Part shown: one piece after another, positions 1 through 5,069 of the stretch
How the letters are laid out: the number at the start of each line of letters is the position of its first letter
How positions within the stretch are numbered: the stretch's first letter is position 1
Origin: a virus
Lineage: Duplodnaviria; Heunggongvirae; Uroviricota; Caudoviricetes
DNA: 5,069 nt
Strand: one strand, 5' to 3'
IMG/VR virus record: IMGVR_UViG_2751185971_000010
Made by a program: the position numbers and the translations under genes
Notes under the pieces: model-generated
Seen by the model: only the letters and a program-made list of their open reading frames with translations
The model's database searches: none
Told to the model about the DNA's origin: nothing

Positions 1-90
1 AAGGAGATCAGTGAAGGTAATTTAAAAACGGTTCTGTGAAAGTGACACGAACCGATCTCCATCGATGTTACTCACCGATCTCCTTCACGG
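1..90. repeat. Cluster of short GATC-containing repeats: 10-bp direct repeat ACCGATCTCC (51-60 and 74-83) plus inverted partial copy AAGGAGATC (1-9)
   Basis: Read directly: ACCGATCTCC occurs twice 23 bp apart; positions 1-9 AAGGAGATC are the reverse complement of GATCTCCTT at 77-85. Three GATC (Dam) sites lie at 6-9, 54-57 and 77-80. The cluster sits at the point where lom homology is lost and is cut by the window edge. Confidence 0.4.
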
Positions 91-167
91 TAATACGCAC
101 ATGCAGGCGCACCGGATACAGCCAGACAGATGGCTGCGGACAAAATGGCTGCACAAACTTTACGCAT
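72..167 (-). pseudogene. lom: lom (Ail/PagC/Lom family outer-membrane protein) 5' remnant: signal peptide retained, then unrelated sequence and a stop after 31 codons
   Basis: Minus strand: RBS GAGAGG, 5-nt spacer, ATG at 165-167. Translation is MRKVCAAILSAAICLAVSGAPA followed by CAYYREGDR and TGA at 72-74. The first 22 residues match the lambda Lom signal peptide as I recall it (MRKLYAAILSAAICLAVSGAPA…). No other minus frame restores Lom-like sequence, so the gene is truncated or replaced from about position 101 leftwards. Position after J and its terminator is the lambda lom position. Confidence 0.55.
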
Positions 168-188
168 AATTACCTCTCGCTTTTCTGC

Positions 189-215
189 AATAAAAAAGGC
201 ACCATTTCTGGTGCC
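189..215 (-). terminator. Rho-independent terminator downstream of J
   Basis: Stem GGCACC (198-203) / GGTGCC (210-215) with a 6-nt loop. On the minus strand it is followed by TTTTTTAT (plus 190-197 are A-rich), about 19 nt after the J stop codon and upstream of the lom ribosome-binding site. Confidence 0.6.
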
Positions 216-234
216 CGTATCTGGGTTATAAAAT

Positions 235-3200
235 TCAGCTAATCGTGATGCCTGCAGTGGCTTTCTTCATCACAACAACCAGCAAATCGCTGATACTTGC
301 TGTGGGATACCAGCCATTTACCAGCCATGCCGATACAGAAAACTCCAGCGTCATGTGACCGTGACCGGCAGGCATATCAATAACACCCGTATATATCAGC
401 GTATTATCCAGGGTCGTTCGGTTATAAATTTCAGCACCGTTTTTCTTCACTATCAGGCGGCATGACGAATAAATATTGTTATTCTTCCGCTCATGTTTAG
501 CACCGCGAAACGCCACCGCGGGAATAACAATTTGCCGATCAAACGGCTGATCGTCATAAACCCTGACGGTAATGGTCCCTGATGGCCACCTCTCCGGTGC
601 CCGGGAGTCCCGTGGGAAAGGTTTGCCCACTGTTTTAACGAGATCGCCTTCAATCTGGTTCGCGGACAATTTTCCCAGAACCCGACAGTTCTTATTAATC
701 GTGACGTTGTTGAGCGTCCCGGAGTTCGCGTTCACGTTACCGCTGATATCGGCATTTTTCGCCGTCAGCCGTCCGCCAGGTGTCAGGGAAAATGCCGGAG
801 GATTACCGCCGCTGGTTATGGTCGGAGCCGTCAGGCGTTTCAGGAACACGTCGTTCATGAATATCTGATCGCCCTGACCAACAAACATCGGCTTTGTGTT
901 GCCATTCGCAGGATTAATCATCGCAATCCTGTCTGCCGCCAGCAGCACCTGACTCTGCATTCCTGCTGGCGTATTCTCAATACCGGCACCGATACCCGCA
1001 ATATAAAGGCGTCCGTCCTTCATCTGTTGCAGCTTCACAGCCCACATGCTGTTCAGATTATTATTTGTATCAACCTGAACCTTCTGTATCTGCTGGATTG
1101 CCGCACTCTGGTCTTTCAGTTTCTTATTGACAGTCTGCGTGATTTCATTGCTGACATCCGTAATGGACGTCCTGATTTCAGCCAGGTCAGGCGCAAGCTG
1201 ACCTTTATCAATCTGCGTCCACAGCTCCTGAGCCAGATGGGTTTTCCCTATCTCGCCTTTGAAAAAATCCAGATAACCGGATGCATCATCACTCGGCTGA
1301 CCAACAGCCTCCACGAATGCCGATTTGCCAACGGTGTTCACACTGCGAACGTAAAAATAATAATCATGGCCCGGTTTGATATTGATACTGGCGGCTATCC
1401 AGTACAGCCCCGTGCCAAGATAGCGCGCTGTGGTTTCAACCTTCCTGATATCGGTAATCCGCTTTTCCGAAAACCAGAACTCAAACTGTACCGTCGGGTC
1501 ATAAACGGCAAGATGCGGCGTGGCGGTTATCTGAAAATAGCCCGGCGTCAGCTCAATCCGCGACGGCGCTGCCGGTGCGGCAATCCGGAACGATACCGAC
1601 GCCGGATCGCCCTGCTGTCCCCACGCATTTACCGCCCGGACCGTCAACATGTAACGCCCCAGCGCCAGCTGCCTGAAGCGGTATGTGGTTTCCGTCGTCC
1701 GGGCCGTGCTGACCAGCCGCTCACTGCCATCGTCCGCTGTCACGGTCAGGCGAAGCAGGAAGCTCACGCCCTTCACCACCTTCGGCGTGTCCCAGCGGGC
1801 CAGTACCTGATACTCCCCGCTGTCTGCGGTGACTTCGGCAGTCAGGTGCTGCACCGCTGGCGGCGTGACACCATTCACCGTGCCGCTCTGGTCGCCGTCA
1901 AAGTGCGCCCCGTTATCCACGATGGCTTCTTTTTCCGGTACATGCTGCACGGCGGTGATGGCATACGTGCCGTCATCGTTCTCACGGATACTCACGCAGC
2001 GGAACAGGCGCTGGCGCAGCGTCGGCAGCTTCAGCCCCCACACGCTGTATTCGGCAACGCCGTCAGGAACACGGCTCACTTTCACCTTCACGCCGTCGGT
2101 GACGGACTGGACCTCCACGCTGACCGGATTCCCCTGTCCGTCAACCAGGCTTATCAGCGTGGTGCCGGAGGATGGCAGCGTGATTTCACGGTCGAGCGTC
2201 AGTGTCCGCGTCTGGCTGTTCACCGCCAGCACGCGCCCGCCGATGCTGATACCCGCATAGTCATCATCACAGATTTCAATGACATCGCCCGGTACATGGC
2301 GAAGCCCTTCTGCACCCACGCTGAAGTCCACGGTCTGCGTTTCCAGCAGCTCCGTTTTAATCAGCCACAGCCCGGCGCGGTGTGCCTGCCCCCGGCTGGT
2401 ACAGCCAAAGGCATCCATCTTCGTGACGTTACGACCGTAACGGGCAATGGCCTGCGTATCTTCAACAAGCTCTGTCGCCGTCTCCCAGCCGTTATCCGGG
2501 TCAATCCAGTTCACCTCAACGGCATTATGGCGGTCCTTCAGGGCGCTGAAGCTGTAGCGGAACGGCGCGCCATCATCCGGCATCACCACATTACTGCGGT
2601 TATAGGTCCACACCTTATCCGACGGTCGGTCCTGCACGAACGTCAGCGTCTGCCCGTTCCATACCGGCATATAGCGCATCGCCGAACAGAAATCACTGAG
2701 CACATCCCACGCCTTACGCTGTGTGGTCAGGTAAGCGTTACAGGTGATGCGCGGCTCCGTGCCACCAAAGCCATCCGGCACTGACTGATCGCAATACTGG
2801 CCGATGACATACAGCGCCCATTTGTCCACATCCGCCGCACCAAGACGTTTCCCCATGCCGTAGCGCGGGTGGGTCAGCATATCCCACAGACACCATGCCA
2901 TGTTGTTGCTGTATGCCGGTTTAAACGTCCCGTCCCAGATACCGCTGTATTGCCGCGTCTGCGGGTTATAGTTCGATGGCACCTGCAGAATGCGCCCGCG
3001 AAGATGATAATTACGGCTCACCTGCTGGCTGCCGAACTGTTCCGAGTCCACCTGCACGCCGACCAGTGCCGTGTTCGGGTAGCACTGTTTCACATCGATG
3101 ATTTCAGTGTATGACGACCAGAGCGTTTTGTTCTGCAGCTGGTCTGTGGTGCTGTCCGGCGTCATCCTGCGCATCCGGATATTAAACGGGCGCGGCGGCA

Positions 3201-3714
3201 GGTTACCCACCACCACCGAGGCCAGATACTGCGAGGTGGTTTTGCCCTTAATGGTGATGTCTTTTTCCGTCACCCAGCCACCGTTACGTTGTATCTGAAC
3301 CAGCAGGCGGACTTCCGACGGATTCCTGTCACCCTTTGAGGTGGTTTCCACCAGTGCCTGCACACCGAAGGTAAAGCGCAGACGGTCGATGTTTGCAGAC
3401 GTGATGGTCCGGGTGATCGGCGTGTCGTATTTCACTTCCGTACCCAGCACCGTCTCGGAACCGGAGGATTCAAATCCCTCCGGCGGTGTCTGCTCCTGCT
3501 CACCTGCCCGGAACACCACCGTAACACCGGAGATGTTGGTATTCCCCTCACTGTCCAGCACCGGTGTACTGTTCAGCAGCACGCTTTTTAATCCATCCAC
3601 CGGACCTTCAATCGGCCCTTCGCTGATGGCATCGATCACACTCAGTAATTGCGTGGATTTCAGGTTGTCCTTCGCTTCGCGCGGGGTATGCCCCTTACTG
3701 CTTCCTTTACCCAT
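235..3714 (-). CDS. J: Host specificity protein J (tail tip / central tail fibre, 1159 aa) with a divergent C-terminal receptor-binding region
   Basis: Single 3480-nt minus-strand ORF with an SD-like GGAG/GAGGA before the ATG. Residues 1 to ~790 ([54 protein letters not shown]…) are near-identical to lambda gpJ as I recall it. From ~790 the sequence diverges (different coiled segment, ~27 extra residues, recognisable but substituted C-terminal domain). Lambda gpJ is 1132 aa by my recollection. Confidence 0.95.
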   Translation of the reverse strand: MGKGSSKGHTPREAKDNLKSTQLLSVIDAISEGPIEGPVDGLKSVLLNSTPVLDSEGNTNISGVTVVFRAGEQEQTPPEGFESSGSETVLGTEVKYDTPITRTITSANIDRLRFTFGVQALVETTSKGDRNPSEVRLLVQIQRNGGWVTEKDITIKGKTTSQYLASVVVGNLPPRPFNIRMRRMTPDSTTDQLQNKTLWSSYTEIIDVKQCYPNTALVGVQVDSEQFGSQQVSRNYHLRGRILQVPSNYNPQTRQYSGIWDGTFKPAYSNNMAWCLWDMLTHPRYGMGKRLGAADVDKWALYVIGQYCDQSVPDGFGGTEPRITCNAYLTTQRKAWDVLSDFCSAMRYMPVWNGQTLTFVQDRPSDKVWTYNRSNVVMPDDGAPFRYSFSALKDRHNAVEVNWIDPDNGWETATELVEDTQAIARYGRNVTKMDAFGCTSRGQAHRAGLWLIKTELLETQTVDFSVGAEGLRHVPGDVIEICDDDYAGISIGGRVLAVNSQTRTLTLDREITLPSSGTTLISLVDGQGNPVSVEVQSVTDGVKVKVSRVPDGVAEYSVWGLKLPTLRQRLFRCVSIRENDDGTYAITAVQHVPEKEAIVDNGAHFDGDQSGTVNGVTPPAVQHLTAEVTADSGEYQVLARWDTPKVVKGVSFLLRLTVTADDGSERLVSTARTTETTYRFRQLALGRYMLTVRAVNAWGQQGDPASVSFRIAAPAAPSRIELTPGYFQITATPHLAVYDPTVQFEFWFSEKRITDIRKVETTARYLGTGLYWIAASINIKPGHDYYFYVRSVNTVGKSAFVEAVGQPSDDASGYLDFFKGEIGKTHLAQELWTQIDKGQLAPDLAEIRTSITDVSNEITQTVNKKLKDQSAAIQQIQKVQVDTNNNLNSMWAVKLQQMKDGRLYIAGIGAGIENTPAGMQSQVLLAADRIAMINPANGNTKPMFVGQGDQIFMNDVFLKRLTAPTITSGGNPPAFSLTPGGRLTAKNADISGNVNANSGTLNNVTINKNCRVLGKLSANQIEGDLVKTVGKPFPRDSRAPERWPSGTITVRVYDDQPFDRQIVIPAVAFRGAKHERKNNNIYSSCRLIVKKNGAEIYNRTTLDNTLIYTGVIDMPAGHGHMTLEFSVSAWLVNGWYPTASISDLLVVVMKKATAGITIS

Positions 3715-3726
3715 TCCTCACACTCC

Positions 3727-3756
3727 ATAAACAACAAAGCCGCCCAAAAGGCGGCT
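3727..3756 (-). terminator. Intrinsic-terminator-like hairpin between the lipoprotein gene and J
   Basis: Perfect 7-bp GC-rich stem AGCCGCC (3738-3744) / GGCGGCT (3750-3756) with a 5-nt loop. On the minus strand it is followed directly by TTGTTGTTTAT, then the J ribosome-binding site (GGAGTGTGAGGA) and ATG. The plus strand has no T-tract after the stem, so it is directional for minus-strand transcripts. Confidence 0.5.
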
Positions 3757-3780
3757 CATGAGTTACGGCAGGATTAACTA

Positions 3781-4119
3781 TTATTTACATGCATTAACAC
3801 TATCAGCAAAAATTTTTGGCGTTAATGCTGGTACACGTTCATAAAGAGTAAAACTACTGCCATTTCCTGCTTTTTTGATATCAAGCACAATATCATATCC
3901 CCCCATAGCCTGTGGAACTAAAAGGCTTACCCCATTCTCAATAGGAAGGGATGTTATAGGTGTTCCATTACCAGCCCATTGTCTGGATATGCAGCCTGAC
4001 AATTCATCAATATTTTTTAATGAATTACCTTCCATTACAGGTTTTCCGGATTTTACGTAATCCAAAGATTTACATCCTGTTAAGGCAATAATCGTGCAGA
4101 ATAAAATCGTTTTGTTCAT
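3781..4119 (-). CDS. Small predicted outer-membrane lipoprotein (112 aa precursor), a moron inserted between tail genes I and J; function unknown
   Basis: Minus-strand ORF. Using the ATG at 4117-4119, the N-terminus MNKTILFCTIIALTGC is a typical lipoprotein signal peptide: positive n-region, hydrophobic core, lipobox L-T-G-C. The +2 residue after the lipid Cys is Lys, not Asp, consistent with outer-membrane sorting. Two further Cys (SGCISRQ and NACK at the C-terminus) could form a disulfide. The gene sits in a ~420 bp block much more AT-rich than the flanking tail genes. The ORF track opens at an upstream TTG (4129-4131); I prefer the ATG. No convincing Shine-Dalgarno was seen. Confidence 0.65.
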   Translation of the reverse strand: MNKTILFCTIIALTGCKSLDYVKSGKPVMEGNSLKNIDELSGCISRQWAGNGTPITSLPIENGVSLLVPQAMGGYDIVLDIKKAGNGSSFTLYERVPALTPKIFADSVNACK

Positions 4120-4154
4120 ATAGCTAACCAATAGAATAATTATCAGTGTTCGAT

Positions 4155-4190
4155 ATAAATATTAAATCAGTTAGAACATGAGTAAATAAT
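4155..4190 (-). promoter_or_regulatory. Putative sigma70-type promoter for the inserted lipoprotein gene (weak match)
   Basis: AT-rich sequence just downstream of the I stop on the minus strand. Candidate -35 TTTACT (plus coords 4181-4186), 16-nt spacer, candidate -10 TAATAT (4159-4164), about 40 nt upstream of the lipoprotein ATG. Hexamers match consensus only 4/6 each; a guess by eye. Confidence 0.2.
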
Positions 4191-4191
4191 A

Positions 4192-4833
4192 TTACCGCCC
4201 AATTACCACAACCTGACCACCATCCCCTTCATCTGCCGTGCTGATCTCCTGAGATGCCACACGTGACCCCACGCGCATTTCACCGTACAGAACAGGCAGG
4301 ACATTGCCCTGGGCAACCATGTTATCCAGTGAGGAGAAACAGGTGTTCTGTTTGCCGTTATCCGTTGTCTGTGTACGGGGAGTTCTGGCTTTCGGTGCCA
4401 GCATCTGTGCAACACCGCCAAGCGTCATACTGGCACCGAGAGAAAACAGCAGATTACTCGCCATAATTCCTACCCCCGGCATCCATATAGCAACCGCCAT
4501 AACAGCTGCCCCCAGCACCGCCTGAAACACACCGCCACTTTTAGCTCCCACCAGACGCGGTACGATGTGGATCACGGCACCATTTGCCAGCGGCTCATTA
4601 AGACGGGCAGATAATTCGTTTTCGCCTGCATCACGCCCGGCAATGCGCACCTGATACCAGCCCTCATTCAGTTTCTGGCGAAACGCCGGGAGCTGTGTGG
4701 CCAGCGCCCGGATGGCTTCGGCCCCCGTTTTCACACGAAGGTCGATGCGGCGACCAAATCGTTGTAAATCCCCGTAAAGGCAGATGCGTGCCATGCCTGG
4801 TGACGCCAGAGGGAGTGTGTGCGTCGCTGCCAT
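4192..4833 (-). CDS. I: Tail assembly protein I (213 aa)
   Basis: Complete minus-strand ORF. The N-terminal ~55 residues (MAATHTLPLASPGMARICLYGDLQRFGRRIDLRVKTGAEAIRALATQLPAFRQKL…) and the C-terminal ~60 residues (…APKARTPRTQTTDNGKQNT.FSSLDNMVAQGNVLPVLYGEMRVGSRVASQEISTADEGDGGQVVVIGR) match lambda gpI as I recall it; the central hydrophobic segment differs. Position between K and J fits lambda gene order. Confidence 0.9.
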   Translation of the reverse strand: MAATHTLPLASPGMARICLYGDLQRFGRRIDLRVKTGAEAIRALATQLPAFRQKLNEGWYQVRIAGRDAGENELSARLNEPLANGAVIHIVPRLVGAKSGGVFQAVLGAAVMAVAIWMPGVGIMASNLLFSLGASMTLGGVAQMLAPKARTPRTQTTDNGKQNTCFSSLDNMVAQGNVLPVLYGEMRVGSRVASQEISTADEGDGGQVVVIGR

Positions 4834-5069
4834 TTGTCGGTGTACCTCTCTCGTTTGCTCAGTTGTTCAGGAATATGGTGCAGCAGCTCGCCGTCACCAC
4901 AGTAAATGGCGGCATGATTCGGCACCGATGAACCAAAACAGCACAGCAGCACATCGCCCGGCTGCGCCGCTGACAACGGCACCTGATACAGCCCTGTGGC
5001 CTCCAGATTATCCAGATAGAGATTCTGACCGTGACGCCACCAGTCATCCCCGCGATGAAAATCCGGCAT
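4731..5069 (-). CDS. K: Tail assembly protein K, C-terminal 112 codons only (NlpC/P60-like portion); 5' end lies beyond the window edge
   Basis: Minus-strand ORF open to the window edge. Translation (…PDFHRGDDWWRHGQNLYLDNLEATGLYQVPLSAAQPGDVLLCCFGSSVPNHAAIYCGDGELLHHIPEQLSKRERYTDKWQRRTH…) matches my recollection of the lambda gpK C-terminus almost residue for residue. It ends 103 bp inside the start of I in another frame, the same overlap I recall for lambda K/I. The Met at 5067-5069 is an artefact of the window edge, not the true start. Confidence 0.88.
   Translation of the reverse strand: MPDFHRGDDWWRHGQNLYLDNLEATGLYQVPLSAAQPGDVLLCCFGSSVPNHAAIYCGDGELLHHIPEQLSKRERYTDKWQRRTHSLWRHQAWHASAFTGIYNDLVAASTFV

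Noticed and set aside
1-62. Possible minus-strand ORF starting at ATG 60-62 (MEIGSCHFHRTVFKLPSLIS…) and running off the left edge
   Set aside because: Only 20 codons visible, the nearest AGGAG is ~17 nt from the ATG (too far), and there is no recognisable similarity. It cannot be supported without sequence left of the window.
36-242. 68-aa plus-strand ORF spanning the lom remnant, the J terminator and the J stop
   Set aside because: Runs antisense across a terminator hairpin and the lom start region, with no ribosome-binding site; more likely noncoding.
453-868. Short ORFs 453-653 (minus, 66 aa) and 572-868 (plus, 98 aa)
   Set aside because: Both are embedded in J (alternative frame or antisense); no independent support.
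1027-2784. 585-aa plus-strand ORF, with a nested 143-aa ORF at 1829-2260
   Set aside because: Lies entirely antisense to the strongly supported J gene. The translation is Arg/Pro/His-rich and low-complexity, typical of antisense frames in GC-rich coding DNA, with no ribosome-binding site or recognisable domain.
2869-3730. Plus-strand ORFs 2869-3114, 3098-3298 and 3341-3730
   Set aside because: Antisense to the conserved N-terminal part of J; no translation signals; compositionally spurious.
3875-4060. 61-aa plus-strand ORF opposite the lipoprotein gene
   Set aside because: Antisense to the lipoprotein ORF, which has a canonical signal peptide and lipobox; the antisense product has no features and is shorter.
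4129-4131. TTG as the lipoprotein start codon (as in the ORF track)
   Set aside because: The in-frame ATG four codons downstream (4117-4119) gives a canonical lipoprotein signal peptide starting MNK; the TTG extension adds MVSY with no better ribosome-binding site.
4203-4931. Several 70-80 aa ORFs on both strands within I and K (4203-4421, 4254-4466, 4304-4525, 4695-4931, 4859-5047)
   Set aside because: All overlap the lambda-like I and K reading frames in alternative frames or antisense; explained as frame artefacts.
5067-5069. Apparent ATG start of K at the window edge
   Set aside because: The lambda K protein is about 199 aa and the visible 112 residues match its C-terminal part, so the true start lies about 260 bp beyond the window; the edge Met is coincidental.

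Overview
This window is the tail-tip module of a lambda-like (lambdoid) prophage or phage, all transcribed on the minus strand. From high to low coordinates it holds the 3' part of tail assembly gene K (5' end outside the window), tail assembly gene I (overlapping K by 103 bp), a ~420 bp AT-rich insertion carrying a small lipoprotein gene, the 1159-aa host-specificity gene J, an intrinsic terminator, and a lom remnant that keeps only the signal-peptide codons. The K, I and N-terminal two-thirds of J proteins are near-identical to phage lambda gpK, gpI and gpJ as I recall them from memory; no search was run. The most interesting feature is the lipoprotein moron wedged between I and J, next to a J whose C-terminal receptor-binding region has diverged from lambda's. 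I read this as a candidate lysogenic-conversion or superinfection-exclusion gene, but its function cannot be established from sequence alone. A truncated lom and a GATC-rich repeat cluster at the left edge suggest a rearrangement junction. No rRNA, tRNA or CRISPR array is present.
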